Below are positions 9,404 through 20,800 of a DNA stretch of 32,000 bases, one piece after another (position 1 is the stretch's first letter; the number at the start of each line of letters is the position of its first letter). Position numbers and translations under genes: made by a program. This stretch comes from Mycobacterium leprae TN. Lineage in GTDB: Bacteria; Actinomycetota; Actinomycetes; Mycobacteriales; Mycobacteriaceae. The notes below the pieces were generated by a model, which worked only from the letters and a program-made list of their open reading frames with translations, was not told the origin of the DNA and ran no database searches. The DNA lies in NCBI RefSeq assembly GCF_000195855.1, contig NC_002677.1:2790001-2822000 (forward strand). The letters are read 5' to 3'.

Positions 9404-12400
9404 CTATCCTCCCTGTACGTCAGGTTTAGGTCGGCGCCGCATCACGGCTCCACGTCGCACCGCCGCACGCTGCTGAACGCGGTCGCGAACGGTGTCAGCG
9501 TTCTCGAGCGCCTGCTTTGGGCCCGCGAGCCCAAGTTGACGCACAACATCGGCGGTCAAGTCTTGCAGGGACGCGCCCTGCAAAATCAATGTCACCGGCG
9601 GCTCCACGCCGAAGTCCGCCCGTGCACCGTTACGGATCCGCACCGCCATCAGGGAGTCCAGCCCCAGCTCGGTCAACGGCACAGCAGGATTAACTGTTGA
9701 TCGGTCAGCGTAACCCATAACCGCCGCGATAAGCGCGCACATCCGCTCGGTCACCACGCGCTGGGCCTCTGCCGGATCGAGATCGGCAAGCGTGTCGGAC
9801 CCGACCCAGTCACCCAGGTCACCCGCCGCGGCCAGCTGCTCGACCACCCAGGTGAAGTAGCTGATGCTACGCATCTCCGGGAATGCGACCAGAGCCTTAT
9901 CGGCACGTAACCGGGCAACGCCCGTGCGAGTCCGACCGGCAGCCAGCAACGAGTCGATAGCCTCGATGCCCTCTGCCGGAGTGATTGTATCTAGAACACT
10001 GCCTACCAAAGCCTGGGCGACACCCACATCTGACCACGGACCCCAGTTGATCACCGCCGATGGCAAACCGGATGCCTTGCGCCACATGACCAGAGCGTCG
10101 AGCCATGCACTGGCACATGCATATGCCGCTTGTCCGGGCGAGCCCAAGAGCGAAGCAACAGAGGAAAACCCCAACCACCAGTCGAGCTCGCAGCTAACGC
10201 TGGCCTGGTGCATCCGCAGCGCGCCAGTGGCCTTAGGCGCCCAAACTCGCTCCAAGTTTTCTCTGGTCATGGTGAACACCAGACTGTCTTCGATGACCGC
10301 CGCACCGTGCACGATGCCGCGCAACTGGCCGCCCGCTCGTCCTGCCGCCGCGACCAGACTCTCGGCCACACCTGGCGACGTCACATCGCCGCGCAAAAAC
10401 ACAATTTCGGCACGAGCTTCCAATTCGACCAGAGTTTTGCGCTGCTCCTCGGTGGGGTCGCTGCGGCTGCCCAGGACCACCCGGCCGGCACCGCGATCTA
10501 CCAACCATCTGGCAACGACTAAGCCAAGGCCACCAAGACCACCCGTCACGATGTATGCCGCTCCGGGGCGAACCACAGGATTGTCTTTGCCAGCATCCAA
10601 TGTGGCCTTACACAGCCGTTCGACGAATCTGTGTTGACCCCGCCACGCGATCACATCATCGCCACCGAACTCGCTCGCAGAATTGTGCAATTCTGCAGTC
10701 AGTGCTGCGATCTGATCTTGCGTGGCATCCAGATCGAGCAGGGTGGCGCGCAGGTCCGGATTCTCCAGGGCCAGCACTCGCACCAGGCCCTTCAAAGCAG
10801 CCGTCGCGGGAGCCCCCAGCTCGTCATCCTGAACGGAAAGACCACCACCGGCGATCAACCACAGCCGTGGCGATCGGCCATGCCACGTACTTACGATCGC
10901 ACGAACGACAGTCGAGATCGACCACACCGAGTCTCGCGCTTGCACCAGCCCATCGTCCAGCCCGGTTGCCGCACCGCCGACGAAGATGACCACGCCAATA
11001 GGTGGGTGCTCTGGATCACCCGCCGTCTCTGCGAATGCGGCAAGCATCGCCGATTCGTCGTGGAGATTTGCAGTGTACACCCGTCGCATTGGTGAGCGCC
11101 ATCTCGCAATGAATTCGTCTGTCAGGGATTTGATCGAAGGATCCCAGTCGGTAAGTACCAACCAACTTGCGCGCGCTGTCTCGGTAATCTGCTCCAAAGC
11201 TCGCGAAGCCGGGATCGGGCTTTCGATCCACTCAGCGTCGAAGATCTTCTGCGCCAACGGTAATGGCACCACACGGCGTTCAATACGTCGCAAGTAAATG
11301 CCATCCACTTCGGCTGCTACGTAACCAGCGTCGTCAATCAAGACGATCTTGCCCAACTTGCCGGTACCCCCGTCGAGGTTGGTCAAACGTGCCCGACACA
11401 GGGCGTGCCGACCGATGTCGCGGTACACTCGGATCGCCTCGAACGACACCGGCAGGTAGCTGACTTCCGCCGACTCAGCGACCTCACCGTCAGGTATTGC
11501 GGCACCGACGCTTTGCAATGCCGCATCTAGTACAACGGGATGGAGTCGATATCCGGGATGCCGGGGAACCTCGTCGGGAAGAGTGATCTCGGTTTCCGCG
11601 GAACCGTCAAGCAGCCGAGTTATCCGGGTCAAGACAGCAAACACCGGGCCATGGTGTTGACCAGTCTGCCGTAGCACAGCGTAGAAATCGGCTGGAGACA
11701 CGGTTACCCCGTTCGAAGAACCGGGTGCTTGCTGGAACGGCTGCACGGCATTGTGCGATACATGCTCAACATTGGCCGTGGCGTGCCGAGAGAAATCACC
11801 GCGAGGTGAGCGAGAATAGATCTCGACCCGAATTTTGCTGTTCCCGTGATAGGTCAACTGCGTCGTGAGCGGTGTGTGGTTGTCGAGGGAAAGCATTTGC
11901 TCGACCTCGAACTGGTGGATTACAATATTGGCCCCAGAAGTGCCAGCGGGTACACCGAGCGCTTCGCTGGCCGCCGCCACAGCGATCTCAGCAAACGCAG
12001 CAGCCGGCATAATAGGCTGGCCGAATACCTTATGGTCAGCTAGCCAGGGACATACGTCGGTTCCGACATCTGCCTGCCAGCCGTGGTCTCCACTGCCGGG
12101 CATTTCGACATGCACACCGAGCAACGGGTGGGCCACGGCCAGCTCCGACATCGCTGATCGATCCGCAACCCAGAATCGCGAATGTTGCCACGGCGTGGGT
12201 GGCAGGTCCACCAATCGACCCTTGGCGCTATCCGACTCGGTCACCCCGACGGTGGCAAGTTGGGCGTGGAAGAACAGGGTCTGGTCGAGGTCGCGGTTCA
12301 TCGCCGACGTGACAACATGGCCTCCGGACCCGCCGACGGTGTCAGTGATAGCGTGTGTGAGCACGGGGTGGGGGCTGATCTCGATGAAAGAGTGGCAGGT

Positions 12401-14872
12401 ACGATTGAATCCACCGACGCCGCTAACAGCCTGTGCGATGGCCTGGTGGAATCGCACCGGGTTGCGCAGGTTAGCCGCCCAATAGTCGGCGTCCATCACC
12501 GCCTGGGTGTGTTCGTGAGTGGTGGTGATTATCGGGATGATCGGCGTCTGCGGAACCAAATCCGCTAGCGCATTTCGCAACTCGGGCAGAATCGGATCTA
12601 TGATCGAATGGTGCGAAGCCACCTCGACATCGACGCGGCGCGCTAACCGATTCTGCTCCGCCACCACCGATATCACCGCATCCACCGACTCCGGCAAGCC
12701 GGCAATCACCGATTGGCGTGGCGAAGCGTACACTGCCAACGTCACCTCAGGGTAGTCAGCAATCAGAGCCTCGGCGGCGTCGGCGTCCAACTCTAGCAAT
12801 GCCATCGCGCCCTGACCCGACAGACGCGCCATCAGCCGGGACCGGGTAGCGATCACCCGCAAGCCCTGCTCGGGCGTCAACGCGCCGGCTACCACTGCCG
12901 CGGACACCTCACCCATCGAGTGCCCAATCACAGCATCCGGAGTCACCCCGTAAGAACGCCACAACTCGGTGAGCGCCAGCTGGATCCCCACCAGCACCGG
13001 CTGAATGCGTTCGATACCTACCACCTCGTCGCCATAGGCGAGTGTATGCTCCAGCGAAAAACCTACCTGAGCAACGAACGTGGGCTCCAGTTCAGCTACC
13101 GCCTTGGCGAAGGCCGGCTCATCGACCAGCAGCTGCCTACCCATCCCGGCCCACTGCGAGCCCTGACCCGAATACACAAAAACTCGACCGGGCCCAGCTG
13201 CATGCTGATCACAACCCACCACTCCCACTCGTGGCTGTCCGGCCGCCAGCGCCCGTAACCCCGCAACGGCATCCGCGTGATCACGCGCAATCACGGTTGC
13301 CAACTTGGGGTGCCGAACCCGGTGCTGGTTCAGCGTGTACGCCACGTCGGCGAGTGGTGCCGCCGCGCCCGGTCCCGACATCCAGTCAGCCAACACTGCG
13401 GCTGCCGACGCCACCCGCGTAACAGTCTTACCCGACACCACCAGAGCCGAAACATACTGCCTACCAACAGCTGCCGATATAGGTACAGTCGTGTCTGGCG
13501 CCTGCTCAATCACTACATGGGCGTTAGTCCCACTGAGCCCGAACGATGACACCGCTCCACGACGCGGGCCCGGAATTGCCGGCCATGGTGCGCTCTCAGT
13601 GGGCACAAACAGCCGAGTCGTGGATGCGTCGATGGCCGGGTTCCATTGAGTAAAGTGGACATTACGCGGAATGTACGCGTGCTGCAACGCCAGCACCGTC
13701 TTGATGAATCCGGCCACTCCGGCGGCAGCCTCTAGATGGCCGATGTTGGTCTTGACCGACCCCAAAGCACAGGAGCTTTCGCCGCGGCCGTAAGTGGCAG
13801 CCAGCGATTCGAACTCGATAGGGTCTCCCAACACTGTTCCGGTTCCATGTGTTTCAACATAGTTAACGCTGTCTGGGGTGATATCCGCGAGCCGCAAGGC
13901 GGTAGTAATAACGTCGCGCTGCGCCAGCGCGTTAGGCGCGGTCATGCCGTTGGACCGACCGTCTTGATTGGTCGCCGAACCACGAACCACAGCCAGCACA
14001 CGATCCTGGTCGCGCAGCGCGTCAACTAGCCGTTTTAGCACCACTACTCCGCAACCTTCGCCACGCACGAATCCATCCGCATTGGCATCGAAACTATTGC
14101 ATCGTCCGGTCGGTGATAACGCCGACCACTTGGACAACGCGATGGCGGTGAAAGGCGACAAGATGAGCTGCACACCGCCGGCTAATGCCACGTCACTCTC
14201 ACGCAACCGTAAGCTCTGACAAGCCAGGTGGATTGCCACCAGCGACGACGAGCACGCAGTGTCCACGGCCATCGCCGGACCACGCAATCCTAACAAATAC
14301 GAGATCCGTCCTACTGCCGCGCAATGCGGAGTTCCGGTGCTCAGGTAGGCATCGATATCGGCTCTGCGCTCGATGTTGACGATCGTGTAGTCCCACGAGG
14401 AAAGTCCCATCATCACCGCAGTTCGAGTGCCGCTCAGCGAATCCGGTGCAATGCCGGCGTGCTCAAGGGATTCCCAGGCAACCTCGAGCAGCATCCGATG
14501 CTGCGGATCCATCGCCACGGCTTCGCGAGGTGTGATGCCAAAGAACTCGGCGTCGAAAGCATCAACGTCGGGAACGAAGCCGCCCCATTTCGTCGTCATC
14601 CGCCCTGACGCCGACGGGTCGGGATCGTAGAACGCATCCGCATCCCACCGATCTGGCGGAACTTCGCTGATCGCGTCCCCGCCATCGACCAACAGCTGCC
14701 AAAAACTATCCGGGCCAGTTACATTCCCCGGGAAACGACATCCGATGCCCACCACCGCGACTGGCTCTGAAATGTCGGTTGGGAAAGCAGTCCCGGTACG
14801 GACAAGTTCGCGTGCCAGTGCCGCGCGCGCGTTCGGCGACAGCTGCGCCGCACGCTCTGCCAAGCTCGTCAT
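9404..14872 (-). CDS. ppsD: Type I polyketide synthase PpsD (KS-AT-DH-KR-ACP, no ER)
   Basis: 1822-aa ORF whose ATG (14870-14872) overlaps the ppsC TGA as ATGA. KS: DTACSSS, Cys207 at nt 14252-14254. AT: GHSMGE, Ser652 at nt 12917-12919, and VASH at nt 12611-12622. DH: HPLLG and HKVFGQPIMP, His947 at nt 12032-12034, plus LDAALQ. KR: TGGLGGLG and AAYACAS (nt ~10028-10561). ACP: LGLDSLMA, Ser1740 at nt 9653-9655. Confidence 0.95.
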   Translation of the reverse strand: MTSLAERAAQLSPNARAALARELVRTGTAFPTDISEPVAVVGIGCRFPGNVTGPDSFWQLLVDGGDAISEVPPDRWDADAFYDPDPSASGRMTTKWGGFVPDVDAFDAEFFGITPREAVAMDPQHRMLLEVAWESLEHAGIAPDSLSGTRTAVMMGLSSWDYTIVNIERRADIDAYLSTGTPHCAAVGRISYLLGLRGPAMAVDTACSSSLVAIHLACQSLRLRESDVALAGGVQLILSPFTAIALSKWSALSPTGRCNSFDANADGFVRGEGCGVVVLKRLVDALRDQDRVLAVVRGSATNQDGRSNGMTAPNALAQRDVITTALRLADITPDSVNYVETHGTGTVLGDPIEFESLAATYGRGESSCALGSVKTNIGHLEAAAGVAGFIKTVLALQHAYIPRNVHFTQWNPAIDASTTRLFVPTESAPWPAIPGPRRGAVSSFGLSGTNAHVVIEQAPDTTVPISAAVGRQYVSALVVSGKTVTRVASAAAVLADWMSGPGAAAPLADVAYTLNQHRVRHPKLATVIARDHADAVAGLRALAAGQPRVGVVGCDQHAAGPGRVFVYSGQGSQWAGMGRQLLVDEPAFAKAVAELEPTFVAQVGFSLEHTLAYGDEVVGIERIQPVLVGIQLALTELWRSYGVTPDAVIGHSMGEVSAAVVAGALTPEQGLRVIATRSRLMARLSGQGAMALLELDADAAEALIADYPEVTLAVYASPRQSVIAGLPESVDAVISVVAEQNRLARRVDVEVASHHSIIDPILPELRNALADLVPQTPIIPIITTTHEHTQAVMDADYWAANLRNPVRFHQAIAQAVSGVGGFNRTCHSFIEISPHPVLTHAITDTVGGSGGHVVTSAMNRDLDQTLFFHAQLATVGVTESDSAKGRLVDLPPTPWQHSRFWVADRSAMSELAVAHPLLGVHVEMPGSGDHGWQADVGTDVCPWLADHKVFGQPIMPAAAFAEIAVAAASEALGVPAGTSGANIVIHQFEVEQMLSLDNHTPLTTQLTYHGNSKIRVEIYSRSPRGDFSRHATANVEHVSHNAVQPFQQAPGSSNGVTVSPADFYAVLRQTGQHHGPVFAVLTRITRLLDGSAETEITLPDEVPRHPGYRLHPVVLDAALQSVGAAIPDGEVAESAEVSYLPVSFEAIRVYRDIGRHALCRARLTNLDGGTGKLGKIVLIDDAGYVAAEVDGIYLRRIERRVVPLPLAQKIFDAEWIESPIPASRALEQITETARASWLVLTDWDPSIKSLTDEFIARWRSPMRRVYTANLHDESAMLAAFAETAGDPEHPPIGVVIFVGGAATGLDDGLVQARDSVWSISTVVRAIVSTWHGRSPRLWLIAGGGLSVQDDELGAPATAALKGLVRVLALENPDLRATLLDLDATQDQIAALTAELHNSASEFGGDDVIAWRGQHRFVERLCKATLDAGKDNPVVRPGAAYIVTGGLGGLGLVVARWLVDRGAGRVVLGSRSDPTEEQRKTLVELEARAEIVFLRGDVTSPGVAESLVAAAGRAGGQLRGIVHGAAVIEDSLVFTMTRENLERVWAPKATGALRMHQASVSCELDWWLGFSSVASLLGSPGQAAYACASAWLDALVMWRKASGLPSAVINWGPWSDVGVAQALVGSVLDTITPAEGIEAIDSLLAAGRTRTGVARLRADKALVAFPEMRSISYFTWVVEQLAAAGDLGDWVGSDTLADLDPAEAQRVVTERMCALIAAVMGYADRSTVNPAVPLTELGLDSLMAVRIRNGARADFGVEPPVTLILQGASLQDLTADVVRQLGLAGPKQALENADTVRDRVQQRAAVRRGAVMRRRPKPDVQGG
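9407..9413 (-). promoter_or_regulatory. Shine-Dalgarno GGGAGGA for ppsE, embedded in the last codons of ppsD
   Basis: The minus strand reads CAG GGA GGA TAG AAACCA GTG. The SD sits 9 nt upstream of the ppsE GTG, and the ppsD stop TAG (9404-9406) lies between them. Confidence 0.75.
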
Positions 14873-17800
14873 GACTCGCCTCTCGTTGCAGCTTCCAGCT
14901 CGCTGGCTTCGACCAGATCAGAGAGCAGGTCCATCTCCGCTTTGGACAGTTCCGCGTTTGTGTCAGTCGCCTCCTGCACCTCGGCCGGTAACGCATAGTC
15001 CATTCGTTCGCATAGTGCGGCCGCAAGGTCAGCAGTTGTCGGATATGCCCATACCAGCGCGACAGGCAACGTGATGCCCAGACTGGCTTCCAACCGGTTT
15101 CGCAATTCCAGGCCCATCAAGGAATCAAGACCCAGCGCTTCCAGCGGCCGGTCGTGGTCGATTGGATCGCTCGAGCGTAGCACCGCTCTGATCTCGTCGG
15201 CGATCGCCGACGCGAGGTGTCCCGGGCGCTCGGCTGCGTCGAGAACGTCCAGTTGCGCACGGATCTTGCCCACGCCGCGCCGCTCCCCGCTTTTCAGGGT
15301 TGCCGTGTCGCGCAAATTTGCGAACAACGACGAACCCGCCACAGCCGGGAAAGATTGGAACCACTGCCGCGCATCGAGGCTGAACACACCAGTTTGCGCA
15401 CGATCAGCGGCAAGCACCGTCTGCATCGCCGCCAGACCCTGCTCGGCGGTGAGCAGCGAAACACCGAGACCAGCGAAGAATTGGGCACGCCCCACCTCAG
15501 CCCATGGGCCCCAGTTGATTCCGACGGCGGGTAGTCCAAGCGAACGCCGATAGGCTACCAGGCCGTCGACCCACGCGTTCGCGGCGGCATACGCACCCTG
15601 CCCTGGTGTACCGAGCAGCGAGGAAGCCGAGGAGAAGGTCAACCACCAATCGACTTCGAACGCAGCGGTGGCCTGATGTAACCGCCAGCTGCCGGTGACT
15701 TTGGGAACGAACACCCGCCTCGCCGCAGAATCCGTCATATTCAGCATGATCTCGTCAGCGAGAACCATGGCGCTGTGCAGGACTCCGGCCAGCCGGAAGC
15801 CTGCGCTTTGGACCGCATGCACCAGTCGGTCCGCCGTACCGGGTTCAGAGATGTCGCCCGTGACCACCTCAATCCGGTGGCCCGCTGCGGTCAAGTCCGC
15901 TATGGCCGCCGTAACATCATCGCTGGGGGACGAACGTCCGTTCAAGACAATCAATCCCGCTCCTTGCTCGGCCAGCCATCGCGCGAAGACGAAGCCAAGA
16001 CCGCCCATACCGCCAACGACCAGGTAACCGCCGTCTTGGCTGACCAATGGAACGGGTGGCGGGGACGCGATCGCTTCAATGTTGCCCTCATACGGTATTG
16101 ATATGACGATCTTGCCGGTATGCTTGCCGGAGGCCATGAGCCGAAATGCATCGGCAGCGTTGTGCAGACTGAATTCAGTGACAGGAAGCACCGGCAATCT
16201 ACCATCGGCCACGTGCGCCAAGATGTGTTGCAGCAGTTGGCGATACCGGGCAGGATGCAGTTTCAGATTCAAATCAAGGTCTACTACGGAGAAGGAAGCA
16301 CTCTTTGCCAGCGCGGCCAAGCCCAGGTTGGCATCGTCGTAGACATCTTTCTTGCCGATTTCGATGAACCTTCCACCGGGAGCAAGTATCTGCACACCGC
16401 GCTGAATCGCTTTATCTGCAAGAGAATTGAGAATGATATCGACGCCATAACCGTGCGTGAGCTCGAGTATCTCGTCGGCGAAGTCCACACTTCGCGAGTC
16501 ACCGACATACTCGACACCGAGCTCGGACAGCATTTGTCGCTTGGCATCCGAACCGGCCGTTGTGTAGATGCGGGCACCGAGCATCTTGGCGATCGAAACC
16601 GCAGCCATGCCGACACCACCAGTGGCGGAATGGATCAGCACACGTTCACCGGGAGACAGCCGCCCAACCTCGCACAGGCAGTGCCAGGCGGTGAGGTACG
16701 CTACGCCGAACGTGGCTGCCTCGTGATCGGATAAGGTGTCGGGGATTGGGACGACGAGATCGGCAATCGTACCCACGTATGTTCCGAATGTGCCGGGGCC
16801 AAAGGCGATAACACGCTGACCAACCTCGACAGAGTCAACGTCGTCTCCTATGGCTGTCACGTAGCCGACACACTCGCCACCGATCGCCGGTGCTCCACCG
16901 TCGAGTCCCGGGTACACACCCATCGCCTTGAGCACATCGCTGAAATTGAGTCCCGCAGCGACGACACGAACCTCGACCTGATCGCCTTCCGGCTCGCCCC
17001 GCTTGACTTGGTGCACCGTCAATGCGTCCAGTCGTCCGGGTTGATCGATCTGCAGCTGGACAGCACCTAAGCCACCCAGTTCTACAACCTTGCGACGAGT
17101 TTCGCCGGCAAGTTCGCCTTTCGGCGTGATGGGAGCCGGCACCAACCGGTTGACATAACGTTGTCCGTCCCGGTAGGCGACCTCGTCGTGGTTCGAGCCG
17201 GCCAGCAGCTCCTCGGTCAGGTCGTCAAGTGAGTCGGTGCCGTCAGCTTCAATGTCAAGCAGGGTCGCTTTGAGTTCCGAATGCTCGAACGTCAGCACTC
17301 GGACAATTCCACGTAGCTCAGTCTGCGCCAACGTTACTGACTCGCCTGCGTTAAGCTGCTGCGCACCTCGGGTGACGATCCACAGCCGTGGACTCTTGCG
17401 AGCACCCATTTGCGTCACTGCTTGAACCACGCCGGCGATCTGAAGTGTGCGCGTCTGCGCTAGTTCCAGTTGAGCATCATCGGGCAAAGACTCATCGCTC
17501 GCTCGCGGCGGACACACCACGACGATGCCATCCCAGCTGATGTCGGTTCGAGTGATCGCCGCCTGCAGCTTCACTTCGTCGCTAAAGGAGACGCAATCCA
17601 CTGGTGGAGGCCCATTTTCACTCAATCGGGCGCGCAGCGACGACTGTAAGGCAAGCAACAGCGGGTCACCCGCGGCGACGTCACCGATCAACAACAAGCC
17701 ACCTTGCGCGGAAGATCTCGAAACCTCCTTATACAGCGGTGTAGGTTCCCACTCCAACGTGAATAGGCGATCGGTGAGTTCCGTTGCGTCGCTGCCGGCT

Positions 17801-20800
17801 CCAAGCACCGTCATCTGGACTTCGTCGATGACAAGTAGCGGTTGCCCGTCCAGATCAGTCAGGACAACTTCGCCAACCAGCCGATCCAAGCCCTCGGTTG
17901 CGGTCAGCAACCCGACAGCACAGACACCGCGAGTGACATCACCGTACACATGCACGCCCGCAAAACGTACTGGTAGGACCAATGTTTTCCGGGCGGTCGG
18001 CCCTCCGGCTAAATCGGTCGCCATCCGGGTAGCACCCAGTGTCTGTAACGCAATATCCATCATTACCGGGTGCAGCAAGAAGTCGCGGAAACCCATTCTG
18101 GCCGACGAAGGCAACCGCACCTCAGCGCGGGCGGCACCAGATTCTTCAACCGCAAGCCCGACGATCCCTTGAAACGCCGGACCATGCTGTTGACCGGCGC
18201 TGCACAGCCGCTGATACAAGTCTTCGGGGCCCAGTTCATCCACCACATCGACCGGGGTTGCGGTGCGCTCCTCGCGATCTGACGGTTGCACTGACTCGGC
18301 AGGACCAACAGTGGCAGTGGCATGAGTGGTCCAACCCGAAAAACCGTTGCGAGTGCGCATTTCAATCCGGCACCGCTGCTGGTCGCCGGTGAGCGTGGTA
18401 ACGAGAACAGTGCCTTCGGTCACGTGCAAAACCTGATGAAGGTCAAGCTCATAGATCATCCACGGCTGATCTCCTTCGACTCGCTCGTTTGGAAAGGTGT
18501 CCGTCGCGGCCGCCAACGCAACCTCGGCGTAGGCTGCACCCGGCAATACGCAGAGATCGTCAATAACGTGATCCCCCAGCCACAGCAGATCAGGGCCCAA
18601 TTGGCTTTCCCATACTCTGGTGCCACTGGTGGGATCGGTAACACCAACGCCAAGCAGAGGATGAGTGTCTGCCCTGTGGTATGCCGCCGACATGGCACTG
18701 ATCCAATGGCGAGTGTGCTGCCACGGAGTGATGGGCAGCACCGGGTGCGGTTCGGGCGGATGAGGAGTTCGGGGAGGGCGGCTGGTATGCGTAGCGTTGA
18801 GGTTGGTGTGGAACTCGAGTGTGTCGTGAGCATCGCGTTGTAGGGTGCCGATGCTCAAATAGCCCGCACCGACAGCATTTTCTTCGGCTGTGCCGGCGAT
18901 GCTGCACAGAATGTCACTGATCGAATGAGTGAGCAGTGGGTGTGCGCTGATCTCAATGAAGGTGTGATAGTCGCCGCCGACACCGCTACTAGCGTGAGTA
19001 ATGGCCTGCTGAAAACGCACAGGATTACGCATGTTAGTCGCCCAGTGCTCGACGTCGAAGACAGGGGTGCTGCCGAAGTCCTCGTATGTGGTAGAGATGA
19101 TCGGGATGGTTGGTTGCTGCGGAGTGAGATCGGCTAGCTCCGAACGCATCTGAGGTTGCAGCGCATCCATGGCTGGGTTGTGCGGTGCCACCTCGATGTT
19201 GACTCGGGTGGCAAAACCGTCCTGCTGGCGCACCTTGTCAATCAGAGCATCGATCATGGCCGTCGGCCCGGCAATCACAGTTTGGCGCGGGGAAGCATAG
19301 ATCCCCAAGCTCACCTGCGGATAGTCGGCGATCAACGCCTCAGTGGCCACGGCGTCGAGTTCGAGCAACGCCATTGTGCCCTGACCGGACAATGGCGCCA
19401 TTAGCCGCGATCGGGTCGCAGTGACCCGTAAACCCTGGGTAGGAGTCAGAGCCCCGGCCACTACCGCGGCGGCGACTTCGCCCATAGAGTGACCGATCAC
19501 CGCATCGGGTTCTACCCCGTAGGAGCGCCACAACTCGGTCAGCGCCAGCTGCATTCCCATCAGTCCCAGCTGGATCTGTTCGATGCCTACGAGCTCCTTG
19601 CCGTTGGCGATTACCTCGTGCAACGAAAAACCTGCCTGTACAACAAATTCGTGCTCTAGTTTGGCAATAGCTTCGGCGAATGCCGGCTCGTCGGCCATCA
19701 GTTGGCGACCCATTCCGGCCCACTGCGATCCTCGGCCCGAATAGACGAACACAGTGCCCGGACCAACAACGCTGTCACGGGGGGCCACCACACCGGAGGT
19801 GGATTGACCCGCGGCCAGCGCACGCAACCCCGCCACCGCTTGGCCCCGATCAACGGCCGCCACAGTGCCGAATTTGGTGTGCCGGGCCCGGTGGTGGTTC
19901 AGGGTGTGCGCAACGTCAGTCAGCGGCACCGCAGCTCCAGGGCCTTCCATCCAATCAGCCAGCACCGATGCTGTCGCGGCCACCCGCTGCACTGTCTTAC
20001 CCGACACCACCAGTGTCGACACCGCAGGAACAAGGCGCAGCGCCGGCCCAGGTGCTGGCACTGCTACCGGGTCCGGTGCTTGCTCGAGCACCACATGTGC
20101 ATTCGTCCCGCTGACGCCGAACGACGACACCCCCGCCCGGCGCGGCCGACCGACAGTCGGCCATTCGAGGCCTTCGGACGCAATGTTTAGCCGCGATGCA
20201 GCCTCACTGGCATGTGTTGTCAACTGGTGGAAGTTGAGGTGCCGCGGAATGAAACCACGTTGCACAGCCAGCACCGCCTTGATGAACCCAGCGATCCCAG
20301 CTGCCGCTTCCAGATGGCCGAGGTTAGTCTTCACCGACCCAATCACCAACGGGACAGAGCCCCGCCGGCTCTGCCGATCGCTGAAAACCTTGCTCAGCGA
20401 GTCGAGTTCGATCGGATCACCCAACGGCGTTCCCGTTCCATGGGCCTCGATGTAGTCAATGTCAGCAGCCGTCAACTTCGACGACGCTAACGCGGTGCGC
20501 AACAACTCCTGCTGCGCCGGCCCGTTGGGAACGGTCACTCCGCTGCTGGCGCCGTCCTGGTTGACCGCCGAGCCACGCACTATGGCGAGGATACGGTTGC
20601 CGTCGCGCACCGCGTCATCCAACCGCTTAAGCACCACCACCCCGGCACCCTCGCCACGCACATACCCGTCGGCGGACACATCGAAGGCCTTGCATTGCCC
20701 CGCCGGAGATAGCATCCCCCAACGCGAGCATGCAATGCTCGGTCCCGGGCTAAGCAACAAATTGGTTCCACCCACCAAAGCCGCGTCGCTTTCTCGGTGA

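Noticed and set aside
18700-19760. Possible extension of the ppsA/ppsB nucleotide repeat to the ppsC AT (a three-copy repeat family)
   Set aside because: The PpsC AT is clearly homologous at the protein level, but by eye the DNA differs every few bases from the ppsA/ppsB copies. It is an ordinary diverged paralogue and not part of the identical repeat.
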